A stretch of 53,020 nucleotides of DNA. Source: Alloprevotella sp. (GTDB lineage: Bacteria > Bacteroidota > Bacteroidia > Bacteroidales > Bacteroidaceae). Position numbers and translations under genes: made by a program. Of this stretch, positions 28,331 to 39,234 are shown one piece after another (position 1 is the stretch's first letter; each line of letters opens with the position of its first letter). The notes under the pieces were generated by a model. The model saw only the letters and a program-made list of their open reading frames with translations, was not told the DNA's origin and ran no database searches. The stretch spans positions 1 through 53,020 of the forward strand of contig JBJEAF010000072.1 of the NCBI GenBank assembly GCA_051868755.1, written 5' to 3'.

Positions 28331-29248
28331 TCAGCAGCCCATGGTGGCCAACGCCAGACTGTAGAACTTGGCCTCTGCGGTGTCGCCCCGGGAGGGGAGC
28401 ACGACAGGTGCCAACGTGCCCTTCAGGGTGCCGGCCAGCTTGGCCGAGGCGAAGAGGGGCAAAGACTTGTAGAGCGCGTTGCCCACCTCAATGTCGGGCA
28501 CGACCAACGCATCGGCATCTCCCTGCAGGGGCGAGTCGATTCCCTTGATGCGCAGGGCCTCCAGGTCGCAGGCTGTGCGGAGGTCGAGCGGCCCATCGAC
28601 CACCAGGCTGCCCCACTCGCCGGCTGCGGCGCGCTGACAGATTTCGGCGTAGCCCAAGGTGTGCGGAAACTTTTCGCTCACCGTTTCGGCGCAATGCAGC
28701 AGGGCAATCTTGGGCTGCTCCACTCCGAAGGCGTGCAACGTTTCGGCCAGGTAGGCCACCTGGGCCAGACGCTGCTCGTGGGTGGGGTAAGGTATGACCG
28801 CCGCATCGGTGAAGAAGAGCAGCTTGCGGTAGGCGGGAATTTCGGCCATGGCGATGTGGGTGAGCACCCTGCCTTGCGGCAGTATGCCCCACTCCTTGTT
28901 GAGCACCGCGCGCAGGAGGGTGGCCGTGTGGAGCAGGCCCTTCACCAGCACATCGGCACGTCGGTCGCGCACCATCTGCACCGCCAGCATGGCCGCCTGC
29001 TCGTGGCTTTCGGCAGGCACGTATCGTACCAACCCGGCGGGAAGCGCGGCCACCGGAGTCTGGGCCTGTATCTGCTCGCAGTCGCCTACAAAGACGGCTT
29101 CGGCAAAGCCTTCGTTCACGGCCCGCGCTACGGCCACAATGGTACTGTTGTCCGAACCGCAAACGACGGCCAGACGGATGCGACGCCCCATTTGCCGCAA
29201 GTGGGCGGTGAGGTCGTCGAAGGAGCGAATGGGTTGCAAGGGTTGCAT
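28331..29248 (-). CDS. ptb: Phosphate butyryltransferase / phosphate acyltransferase
   Basis: VKGLLHT, TDAAVIPYP, VDGPLD, PDIEVGNALYK and SRGD; adjacent to buk. Start moved to MQPLQ. -7 box TAGTTTTG at 29288-29295 (minus). Confidence 0.9.
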   Translation of the reverse strand: MQPLQPIRSFDDLTAHLRQMGRRIRLAVVCGSDNSTIVAVARAVNEGFAEAVFVGDCEQIQAQTPVAALPAGLVRYVPAESHEQAAMLAVQMVRDRRADVLVKGLLHTATLLRAVLNKEWGILPQGRVLTHIAMAEIPAYRKLLFFTDAAVIPYPTHEQRLAQVAYLAETLHAFGVEQPKIALLHCAETVSEKFPHTLGYAEICQRAAAGEWGSLVVDGPLDLRTACDLEALRIKGIDSPLQGDADALVVPDIEVGNALYKSLPLFASAKLAGTLKGTLAPVVLPSRGDTAEAKFYSLALATMGC

Positions 29249-29444
29249 GGCATTCTGTATGAATGAATGTACTGAGAAAATGACGCGCAAAACTACAAAA
29301 TCGAAACGGATAGACTGCACACTTTTCCGTGAAATATGCAAGAAAAGCGGGCGTTTACCCCCGTTTACCCACATTCTGGACCAAAAAAGCGAAAATCAGA
29401 AAACTTTTCGCTGCCGTCGGGTATACGGGCCAGAAACGCAGCCT

Positions 29445-29535
29445 GCGCACAGCCCAGACAAGCCCCTGGGCCGGCAATCCGTCCTTCAGGGCGCACTGGC
29501 GACAACGCCACCCACCCAGGGCGTTGCGGCTGGTC
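29445..29535. repeat. Decayed family-A REPIN relic
   Basis: GCGCACAGCCCAGACAAGCCCCTGGG and CTTCAGGGCGCACT-N16-ACCCAGGGCGTTGC match the left and right arm motifs. Confidence 0.55.
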
Positions 29536-29744
29536 ATACGCGGTGGCCCGTCCAGCCCGTACCATGTCGGTTTTTCCCCTGCCTGAGTGAGCTTGCAGAA
29601 CCACTCCTTATATATAATATGGTGTGGAATAGGCCTGAAATGCAATAAATTCGTAATTTTGCGGCGCACGTGCCGAACGGGCGGTTCTACATGCCGCCTG
29701 CTCTGCCCCGCAAGTCATCAACCCAAGTTCAATCCAAAGAAGCA

Positions 29745-31805
29745 ATGAAAAGAATTGTCTACACCACCCTCTTGCTGTTCCTCGCCGCGGCACTGGCCGT
29801 GCAGGCGCAAGTGAGCTTCAGTGTGGCGTACAAGCGTGTCAACGCTACGACCATCGACATCGTGTTTACCGGAACAGCCGATGCTGGCTGGCACATCTAC
29901 TCGACCAACATCGCCGACGGAGGTCCCACTGCGGCCTCATTCGGCGTGGACCGCATCAAGGGAGCCAAGCTGAAAGGCAGCCTGAAGCCCGGCCCCGGCG
30001 CGAAGACCATGCAGGACCCTATCTTCGAAATGCCCGTCACTTACTTCGAGAACAAGGCCGTCTTCACGCAGAGGGTAGAGTTGCTTGAGAAGGACTATGA
30101 ACTGAAAGGCTACCTGAAGTTCGGTGCCTGCAACGACGAGAACTGTCTGCCGCCCACCAGCGTCGATGCCAAGTTGCAGGGAAGTGACGGACCCGCAGCC
30201 GCCGCACCCGCTAAGGCCGAAGCCGCCCAGCCGGCTGCCACTGCCGCTCCCGAAGCTCCGGCCGCCGAACAGCCGGCCGCTGCCGCCGACACCGTTGCGA
30301 CCGAAGTGACGGCCACGGAAGCCGCAGCCGAGCCGCAGATGACCGCTGTCCCGGCCGACCCGGCCGCCATCAAGGCCTGGTGGACTCCCGTGATTGACGA
30401 ACTCAAGCAGCTGGGAACCGACGACATGACGGGCAAGGCCTGGTACTACATCTTCTTCCTCGGCTTCCTCGGCGGCTTGGTCGCCCTGTTCACTCCCTGC
30501 GTCTGGCCCATCATCCCCATGACGGTGAGCTTCTTCCTGAAGCGTTCGGGCGACCGCAAGAAGGGCATACGCGACGCCGTGACCTACGGTATCTCGATTG
30601 TGGTGATTTATGTGGCCTTGGGCTTGGCCATCACCTCGATATTCGGAGCCAGTGCGCTCAATGACCTGTCTACCAACGCGGTGTTCAACATCCTGTTCTT
30701 CCTCATGCTGGTTGTGTTTGCCGCCAGCTTCTTCGGCGGCTTCGAAATCACGCTTCCGTCGTCGTGGGGCGCAGCGGTCGACAACAAGGCCGAGAAGACC
30801 ACGGGCCTGCTGAGCATCTTCCTCATGGCCTTCACCCTCTCGTTGGTGAGCTTCTCCTGCACGGGTCCCATCATCGGCTTCCTGCTGGTCGAAGTGAGCA
30901 CTTCGGGCGGTTCTTCGCTGGCCCCGACCATCGGTATGCTGGGCTTCGCCATCGCCCTGGCCCTTCCCTTCACGCTGTTTGCCCTCTTCCCCACCCTGTT
31001 GAAGAGCGCGCCGAAGAGCGGCGGCTGGCTGAACGCCGTGAAGGTCGTGTTGGGCTTCTTGGAACTGGCCTTCGCGCTGAAGTTCTTCTCGGTGGCCGAC
31101 CTGGCCTACGGCTGGCACCTGCTTGACCGCGAAACGTTCCTCGCCCTGTGGATTGTGATCTTCGCCTTAATGGGCGTGTACCTCCTGGGCGGCATCAAGT
31201 TCCCGCACGACGACGAGGACGAACGCCACACCTCGGTGCCGCGCTTCTTCTTGGCCCTGTGCTCGATCAGCTTTGCCGTCTACATGGTTCCGGGACTGTG
31301 GGGCGCACCCCTCAAGGCCGTGAGTGCGTTTGCACCGCCCATGACGACGCAAGACTTCAACCTCGACCCCGTCAAGATCGAAGCCAAGTTCCGCGACTAT
31401 GAGGCCGGCATGGCCTATGCCAGGCAGACGGGCAAACCGGTTATCGTAGACTTCACGGGCCACGGCTGCGTGAACTGCCGCAAAATGGAACTGGCCGTAT
31501 GGCACGACGCCAAGGTGCGCGACCTGATGACGAAGGACTACGTGCTCATCTCGCTCTATGTGGACGAAAAGACCCCGTTGGCCGAAAACATCGAGGTGGA
31601 GGAGAACGGCCAGACCACAACGCTCCGCACCGTGGGCGACAAGTGGAGCTACCTGCAACGCTCCAAGTTCGGGGCGAACGCGCAGCCCTTCTACGTGTTG
31701 CTCGACAATGAAGGCAAGCCGCTGAACAAATCCTACTCGTTTGACGAAGACGTAGACAAGTTTGTCGATTTCCTGAAGCAGGGCTTGGACAACTACAAGC
31801 ACTGA
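29745..31805 (+). CDS. dsbD: Thiol:disulfide interchange protein DsbD family
   Basis: N-domain GWHIYS..ACNDENCLPP, Ala/Pro linker, TM domain TPCVWPIIP..SCTGP, thioredoxin DFTGHGCVNCRKME. -7 box TAATTTTG at 29654-29661. Confidence 0.92.
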   Translation: MKRIVYTTLLLFLAAALAVQAQVSFSVAYKRVNATTIDIVFTGTADAGWHIYSTNIADGGPTAASFGVDRIKGAKLKGSLKPGPGAKTMQDPIFEMPVTYFENKAVFTQRVELLEKDYELKGYLKFGACNDENCLPPTSVDAKLQGSDGPAAAAPAKAEAAQPAATAAPEAPAAEQPAAAADTVATEVTATEAAAEPQMTAVPADPAAIKAWWTPVIDELKQLGTDDMTGKAWYYIFFLGFLGGLVALFTPCVWPIIPMTVSFFLKRSGDRKKGIRDAVTYGISIVVIYVALGLAITSIFGASALNDLSTNAVFNILFFLMLVVFAASFFGGFEITLPSSWGAAVDNKAEKTTGLLSIFLMAFTLSLVSFSCTGPIIGFLLVEVSTSGGSSLAPTIGMLGFAIALALPFTLFALFPTLLKSAPKSGGWLNAVKVVLGFLELAFALKFFSVADLAYGWHLLDRETFLALWIVIFALMGVYLLGGIKFPHDDEDERHTSVPRFFLALCSISFAVYMVPGLWGAPLKAVSAFAPPMTTQDFNLDPVKIEAKFRDYEAGMAYARQTGKPVIVDFTGHGCVNCRKMELAVWHDAKVRDLMTKDYVLISLYVDEKTPLAENIEVEENGQTTTLRTVGDKWSYLQRSKFGANAQPFYVLLDNEGKPLNKSYSFDEDVDKFVDFLKQGLDNYKH

Positions 31806-31825
31806 TTCTGTCCCTCCCCACTGAC

Positions 31826-31875
31826 TGCGCTCCCTCCGGCGTGCCGAGCTGGCACGCCGGAGGGAGCGCACTTTT
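31826..31875 (+). terminator. Terminator of dsbD; a second hairpin (31893-31946) may serve the convergent recX operon
   Basis: 20-bp stem TGCGCTCCCTCCGGCGTGCC / GGCACGCCGGAGGGAGCGCA followed by CTTTT. Confidence 0.75.
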
Positions 31876-31998
31876 GTATGCTACCAGAAGCCGCATCGTG
31901 GGCGCAGCCCTGGGAATAGATGTTCCCAAGGCTGCGCCCACGATGCTGCGCTCCGGGGCGAAGGAGGCCAGACCCTGTCGGCCCGCCAAAGGGCTGCC

Positions 31999-32448
31999 TC
32001 AGCCTTCGGCCTGCAAGCGGTCGAACACCAACTGGGGCTCGAAGCCGCGGGCCACGGCGGCACGGGCTATCTTCTGGTTCTGGGCGTAAGGCGTGGGGGC
32101 CTGGACGGTGCGGCGGCGCGACTGGATGAATTCGTCGAGTGCCGCGCGATACTCATCGGGGTCTATCTGCTGCAAGGCTTCGTCTACCAGGTCGTCGGGC
32201 AGGCCCTTGAGGTGGAGCATGTAGCTGATTTTGACCCTGCCCCAACGCTCGAAGCGGAACTTGTCGGCCACAAAGGCACGGGCGTAGCGGGCATCGTCGA
32301 TGAAGCCCTCACTGACCAAGCGGTCAACAACCTCGCGGGCCTCGTCCGCCATGGCCCCCTTGTTCATCAACTTGGTGGAGATGTCGCGTCGGCTGAATTC
32401 CTGCCGCGCGCAGCGGGCCGCAGCCCAGGCGTACCAGTCGGTGTTCAT
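31999..32448 (-). CDS. recX: Regulatory protein RecX
   Basis: CARQE, GFIDDARYARAFV.DKFRFERWGRVKI and RGFE. Confidence 0.9.
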   Translation of the reverse strand: MNTDWYAWAAARCARQEFSRRDISTKLMNKGAMADEAREVVDRLVSEGFIDDARYARAFVADKFRFERWGRVKISYMLHLKGLPDDLVDEALQQIDPDEYRAALDEFIQSRRRTVQAPTPYAQNQKIARAAVARGFEPQLVFDRLQAEG

Positions 32449-32455
32449 GGCTCAG

Positions 32456-33238
32456 CTATTTCTTGGTGAAAGCCCGGAGTACGAACCAGGCGTGCAGGGT
32501 GAGGGTGGGCAGCAAGCCGTAGTGGCGGCTCATGATGCGGAAGCGTTCGCGCAGCGATGCCTTGTGGTTGCGCTGGGTCATGCCCTCGTTGAGGTAGTCG
32601 GCCACCACGGTGTGGAGATTGGCGAGTTCGAGCCGCTTGCGCTCGGCATCGCGCATGATGCGCACACACCAGTCGAAGTCAGCCGAGAAGCGGTAGCGGC
32701 AGTTGTAGTGGTGCTTGCGTGCCAGGTCAGTGCGCACGTAGAAGGCCTGATGGCACACGAGCATACCGGCCTTGAACGACCGCCAGCTGAGCCTCTCGGG
32801 CGGGGTGAGGCGGCGCCGGCGCACGAAGCGTCCCTTCTGGTCGACCAGGTTGGTGTCGCCATAGATGACGGCGGGGAGCCGCTGGCCCGACTCGGCAGCC
32901 CGGGCCACCTGCTGGAGGGTGTCGGCACTGTGGAGGCAGTCGCCGGCGTTGAGAAATACGATGTACTGGCCCGTGGCCATGTCGATGGCTTTGTTCATGG
33001 CATCATAAAGCCCGTGGTCCGGCTCGCTGATGCAGGCAATCTCGTGTGGCACGCCGGCCACGGAGTTACGTTCCTGATAGTGGTGGATGTGCTCCAAGGT
33101 TTCGTCCTGCGAGTTTCCGTCGACAATCACGTGTTCCACCTGGGCGTAGGTCTGCTGTTCGACACTGCGGATGGTGCGTTCGACGAGCCGGCCTGCGTTG
33201 TAGGTGACAGTTGCGACGGTAATTTTTAGCGGAGGCAT
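32456..33238 (-). CDS. Glycosyltransferase family 2
   Basis: TVTYNA, IVDGNSQD, SEPDHGLYDAMNK, FLNAGD and HQAF. Confidence 0.92.
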   Translation of the reverse strand: MPPLKITVATVTYNAGRLVERTIRSVEQQTYAQVEHVIVDGNSQDETLEHIHHYQERNSVAGVPHEIACISEPDHGLYDAMNKAIDMATGQYIVFLNAGDCLHSADTLQQVARAAESGQRLPAVIYGDTNLVDQKGRFVRRRRLTPPERLSWRSFKAGMLVCHQAFYVRTDLARKHHYNCRYRFSADFDWCVRIMRDAERKRLELANLHTVVADYLNEGMTQRNHKASLRERFRIMSRHYGLLPTLTLHAWFVLRAFTKK

Positions 33239-33277
33239 TGAAGAGTTGTTTTTGGGAATATGAAAGGGTAGATAGAT

Positions 33278-34549
33278 TTATTGTGCGCTGTAGAGCTGTA
33301 TGTAACGCTCTGCCACGCTCTTTTCGGAATAGGCGTTGACGGCCTTGGCGCGTGCATTGCGGCAGAGGGCTGCATAGCTCTGCGATCCGAGAGTGCGCAG
33401 GATGCCCTGGGCGAAGTCGAGGCTGTTGCGGCAGACGGCGAGGTAGCCGTTGATGCCCGAATCGACCATCTGGGGCGTGCCGCCCACGCTGAAGCTCACA
33501 CAGGGCACGCCGCAGGCCATGGCCTCGGCAATCGTGTTGGGCAGGTTGTCCATGAGGGTGGGCATGAGCAGGAGGTCAACGGCCTGATAGACGCTGCGCA
33601 TCTGCGCGTCGTCGGTGATGTAGCCCAGCGGGCACACTTCGATGGGGAAGGCGCTGCGCAGGCTATCGCCGCCGTGGCCGGCGAGCACGAGGGCCAGGGT
33701 GGAGCGCAGCTCGGGGTGTTCGCTGCAGAGCAGGGAGACGCTCTCCATGAGGTAGTCGATGCCCTTGTTGGGGTCGGTGAGCTTGAAGGCGGTGAAGAGC
33801 AGCAGCCGCTTGTCGGCAGGGAGGCCGAGCCGGCGGCGCAGTTCGGCCCGGGTGGGGTGTCCTTCGGTGCCGGCGGGGCAGTAGAAGCGTGTGTCGATGG
33901 GATTGGGAATGCTCACCACCTGCTTGCCTTCGAGCAGCGGCGACCGGGCGGCCAGGCCGCTGAGCCACTGGCTGCATCCCACCAAGGTGAAGGGGCGGGC
34001 GGCATAGACGGCACGCTTGCGGGCGAAGGTGCGGGCCGAGAGGTCGGAGGCCGAGGGTCTGGCCAACTGGGGGCAGCTGCCGCAGCCTTCGAGCCAGCGC
34101 GTGCAGCTGTCGGCCTGGTGACACACGCCGGTGAAGGGCCACATGTCGTGCATGGTCCAGACCACGCGCTTCCCGCTGCGCAGTATCTGCTGCAGGTTGT
34201 GGAGCGAGAGCATGGCCTGGTTGGTCCAGTGGAGGTGGATGACGTCGGCCTCGGCGAACTCGGGCAGGCGCGTGATGTCGTTGCCGAAGCGCGCGGTGTC
34301 GACGGCAAAGAGCCCTTCGCGGCTGAAGCCGTTGCGCACGAAGATTTCGAGGCGTTCGAGGGCGAACTTGAGCTTGCGCCAGGGCGTGGGGCGGAGGTTC
34401 ACGATGTCGGCCCGTCCGGCAGGGAGGGTGCGGTCGCGGCACAGCAGGGTGGCCTCGACCCCTTCCTGACGCAGGGCCTTGAGCAGGCGCAGAGCGGCAA
34501 TGGCAGCCCCTCCGGTGTGGTCGGATGTGTTGACAAGCAGGACTTTCAA
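33278..34549 (-). CDS. Glycosyltransferase family 4 (WcaC-like)
   Basis: GGAAIAA, IHLHW, WTMHDMWPFTG.CH and DNLPNTIAEAMACG. TTG start. Confidence 0.9.
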   Translation of the reverse strand: MKVLLVNTSDHTGGAAIAALRLLKALRQEGVEATLLCRDRTLPAGRADIVNLRPTPWRKLKFALERLEIFVRNGFSREGLFAVDTARFGNDITRLPEFAEADVIHLHWTNQAMLSLHNLQQILRSGKRVVWTMHDMWPFTGVCHQADSCTRWLEGCGSCPQLARPSASDLSARTFARKRAVYAARPFTLVGCSQWLSGLAARSPLLEGKQVVSIPNPIDTRFYCPAGTEGHPTRAELRRRLGLPADKRLLLFTAFKLTDPNKGIDYLMESVSLLCSEHPELRSTLALVLAGHGGDSLRSAFPIEVCPLGYITDDAQMRSVYQAVDLLLMPTLMDNLPNTIAEAMACGVPCVSFSVGGTPQMVDSGINGYLAVCRNSLDFAQGILRTLGSQSYAALCRNARAKAVNAYSEKSVAERYIQLYSAQ

Positions 34550-34594
34550 TGGTACGTGGGGTTAGTTGGGCCGCAGGAGGGGCGGCGGCAGGAC

Positions 34595-35800
34595 TCAGTC
34601 GCCCATAATCATGGCAGTGGCCCCGGCGTTGTCGCGAATGTAGTCGCCGGCGGCCTTTCCGGCCCGGCGCAGCTCCTCGCGGTCGGTGAGGAAGGCGTTC
34701 ATTTCGCGCTCAAAGTCGGCGGCACTCCGGACTTCGCGGCAGCCGCCGTTGTCGATGAGGGCGCGGGCCTCGCGGAACTTCTGGTTGTTGGGTCCGATGA
34801 TGACGGGCACGCCGTAGACGGCCGCTTCGGGCACGTTGTGTATGCCCACGCCGAAGCCGCCGCCCACACAGGCCACGGTGGCGTAGCGGTAGATGCTCGA
34901 CAGGAGGCCGTAGCAGTCGATGATGAGACAGTCGGCCTCGGCCACGCTCTTCGGAGTGGCGGCCGAGTAGCGCACGGCGGGCCGCTTGAGCTTGGACTCT
35001 ATCTGCCGCAGGTGCTCCTCCGAGACCACGTGGGGCGCCAGCACGAGCTTGAGCGTGTCGTGGGCGTTGAAGTAGGGGATGATGAGGTCTTCGTCGGGCT
35101 GCCAGGTACTGCCTGCGACGAGCACCTTCCAGCAGCCGGCGAAACGCTCGACCAGGGGCAGGGGCTTGGCGGCATTGCGTATGTCGATGACGCGGTCAAA
35201 GCGCGTGTCGCCCACCACAGTGACCTGGGTGACACCTATCTGGCGGAGCAGCTGGCGCGACGACTCGTTCTGCACATACAGGTGGGTGAGGTGGTGAAGC
35301 ACGCGGGCGTAGCGGCGGCCGTACCACCTGAAGAACACCTGTCCGGGCCTGAAAATGCTCGACACGCTGTAGGTGGGGACGGCGCGGCGGTAGAGGGTGT
35401 CGAGGTAGTTGCGCCAGAACTCATACTTGATGAAGTAGGCGGCTTCGGGACGCACTAACCTGACGAAGCGGCGGGCGTTGAGCGGGGTGTCGATGGGCAG
35501 GTAGCAGATGAGGTCGGCCCCGTCGTAGTTCTTGCGCACTTCGTAGCCCGAAGGCGAGAAGAAGGTGAGCAGGATTTTCTTTTCGGGGTGCTGCCTGCGC
35601 AGCCGCTCCATGAGGGGGCGGCCCTGTTCGAACTCTCCCAGCGAAGCGGCGTGGAACCACACGTAGCGGTCGCGGCCTGAGAGCTTGCGCAACTTGCGCC
35701 ACGTGTCGGCGTGGCCGCGCATCATGGTGCGCACCTTCGGGCTGAACAGGGAGGCGATGCGACAACCCAGCAGCATGAGGTAGATGATGAAGGAATACAC
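34595..35800 (-). CDS. waaA: 3-deoxy-D-manno-octulosonate (Kdo) transferase
   Basis: WFHAASLGEFEQG, TFFSPSGYE, GDTRFDRV, AGSTW and GGGFGVGIHNVPEAA. GTG start. Confidence 0.94.
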   Translation of the reverse strand: MYSFIIYLMLLGCRIASLFSPKVRTMMRGHADTWRKLRKLSGRDRYVWFHAASLGEFEQGRPLMERLRRQHPEKKILLTFFSPSGYEVRKNYDGADLICYLPIDTPLNARRFVRLVRPEAAYFIKYEFWRNYLDTLYRRAVPTYSVSSIFRPGQVFFRWYGRRYARVLHHLTHLYVQNESSRQLLRQIGVTQVTVVGDTRFDRVIDIRNAAKPLPLVERFAGCWKVLVAGSTWQPDEDLIIPYFNAHDTLKLVLAPHVVSEEHLRQIESKLKRPAVRYSAATPKSVAEADCLIIDCYGLLSSIYRYATVACVGGGFGVGIHNVPEAAVYGVPVIIGPNNQKFREARALIDNGGCREVRSAADFEREMNAFLTDREELRRAGKAAGDYIRDNAGATAMIMGD

Positions 35801-35844
35801 TTGCCTGGATGGTTAAGAGGGGTATTCAGAGGAGGGAGAAGGCA

Positions 35845-37359
<1,515 letters not shown>

Positions 37360-37576
37360 TTCTGTATCTGTCTATATATATTATAGGAGTGTTTGCTGCC
37401 CGCGCGGGCAGGAGGGCACGGTACAGCCGCGAGGCGGGGCCGTACTATGACCTCGCAAAGGTAAGGCTTTTCCTTCAATCACAAAGGTTTGCCCCTCATT
37501 TGTTTGTGCGGCGGAGAAACGAAGTCCAAAACTTCTGTTTTCGGGGCTTGCCCATACAAGGGACAAATGTCGATTC

Positions 37577-37633
37577 ACACTGACAAGTGCAGAAAAGTGT
37601 ATAGTTTCTACACTTTTCTGCACTTGTCAGTGT
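37577..37633. repeat. Perfect 25-bp inverted repeat with 7-nt loop
   Basis: ACACTGACAAGTGCAGAAAAGTGTA-TAGTTTC-TACACTTTTCTGCACTTGTCAGTGT. Confidence 0.85.
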
Positions 37634-37750
37634 AAAATCCGCTCCATTGGACAGCGGGCATCAGACCGCGTTATTGGCATTTCTGTCAACAAGCAAAGCA
37701 TTTATTTGTATATTCAGTATTCCCAAACCGACGGGCGGCGACTCCGTCCC

Positions 37751-37826
37751 AACAACTCGGCACTTAGTTTTTACAGCTCGGCACTTAGAAAATCCTAAGT
37801 GCCGAGTTGTTTTTACGCAGTGCCGG
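37751..37826. repeat. 21-bp-period repeat with central palindrome (second copy)
   Basis: Shares an identical 26-mer with 18695-18720. Confidence 0.8.
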
Positions 37827-37830
37827 AGTG

Positions 37831-38235
37831 GGGCTGAAAGCCCAACAAGCGCATTGCCCTGGGCAGCAGACAGGGAAACAAGTGTCCAAGGCACGGGCTG
37901 AAAGCCCAACAGCGCATAGCCAGCTCCAACGGATAGGAAATCAAGCGTTCAAGGAACGCCCCGAAGGGGCAACAGCGCACAGCCCAGGGCAACGCCCTGG
38001 GGAGAATGAGGCGATAATGTACGCCCTGCAAGGGCAAAAGCGTATGTATATTGTGATGTATTCTAACGCTTTTGCCCTTGCAGGGCGCATTTGCGGCGGT
38101 CAACCTCCCCAGGGCGTTGCCCTGGGCTGTGCGCTGTTGCCCCTTCGGGGCGTGCCTTGAACGCTTGATTCCACATCCGTTGGAGCTGGCTATGCGCTGT
38201 TGCCCCTCTGGGGCGTGCCTTGAACGCTTGATTCC
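37831..38235. repeat. REPIN-like nested palindrome (family A)
   Basis: Core 37942-38167 is homologous to 24125-24353. Outer 63-bp modules on both sides are mutually complementary. Confidence 0.9.
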
Positions 38236-38280
38236 AAGCCCGAACGAACTTGTAAAAGCCTCATCATGTCTCCCAAGGGG

Positions 38281-39147
38281 CTACTCCGGGGCATCGGCCA
38301 GCACCATGCGGTCGTTGCCGAAACTGTCGGGCAGCACCTGCACACGGCAGAGGCCGCTGCGGCGGAACAAGGCGGCAGTCTCGGCACCGTAGGCCCGGTT
38401 GATCTCGACGGCCAGCCGGCCGCCGGGACAGAGCGAGCCACCCGCTGCCTGGAGGGCCAGGACACGGTAGAAGCGCAGCGGGTCGGCATCGGGCACGAAG
38501 AGGGCGGTGTGGGGCTCGTGGTCGAGCACGTGGGGCTGCATGTCGCGCTGCTCGCTCTGGCAGATGTAGGGCGGGTTGCTCACGATGAGGTGGTAACGCG
38601 CCCCGGCAGGCCAGGGAGCCAGCAGGTCGCAGCGGAAGAAGCGCACCGTGGCCTGCATGGCCGCCGCATTGGCACGGGCCACCTGCAAGGCCGGTTCGGA
38701 CAGGTCGCAAGCCTCGACTTCGGCCCAAGGGCAGGCCAGCGCGACACTCACGGCAATGCAGCCCGAACCTGTGCCGGCATCGAGCACCCGCGGGGCGGCG
38801 ATTCCGGCCGCATGCATCTGACGCAACGTGCCGACGGCCTGCGCCACGAGCTCTTCGGTTTCGGGACGCGGTATGAGCACGGCGGGCGACACGGCAAAGT
38901 CATGCCCGGCAAACTCGGCACTGCCCAGCACGTACTGCACCGGCTCCCCTTTTTCGAGGCGTTCACATATATTGCGAAAGCGCAGGCGTTCATCTTCCGA
39001 AAAATCCCTAACTTTGTCGGCATAAACGTCGGTACGCCCTACGCCGAAGGCTTTTTCCATCACCAAGAAGGCAATGGCCCGCGCCTCGGCCTCGCCATAG
39101 CGGGGGGAGAGGGCGGCTCGAAGTTGAGAGTAAAAGATATTCATCAT
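38281..39147 (-). CDS. prmC: Release factor glutamine methyltransferase PrmC/HemK
   Basis: GEPVQYVLG, VLIPRPETEELV, LDAGTGSGCIA and VSNPPYI. Confidence 0.95.
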   Translation of the reverse strand: MMNIFYSQLRAALSPRYGEAEARAIAFLVMEKAFGVGRTDVYADKVRDFSEDERLRFRNICERLEKGEPVQYVLGSAEFAGHDFAVSPAVLIPRPETEELVAQAVGTLRQMHAAGIAAPRVLDAGTGSGCIAVSVALACPWAEVEACDLSEPALQVARANAAAMQATVRFFRCDLLAPWPAGARYHLIVSNPPYICQSEQRDMQPHVLDHEPHTALFVPDADPLRFYRVLALQAAGGSLCPGGRLAVEINRAYGAETAALFRRSGLCRVQVLPDSFGNDRMVLADAPE

Positions 39148-39234
39148 TGCATAGTCACGTCATGGCCCGGAGGAACGAAGCAGAACCTGCCCCTCCGGCT
39201 GCCAAGAGATAAAAGCTACAAGCACATTTCAGCT

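Noticed and set aside
30190-30370. Low-complexity GCC-rich stretch in dsbD
   Set aside because: It encodes an ordinary Ala/Pro/Glu interdomain linker.
38266-39234. 646-aa extended RibD ORF suggesting a fusion
   Set aside because: The extension is the antisense of prmC. RibD homology begins at ATG 39235.
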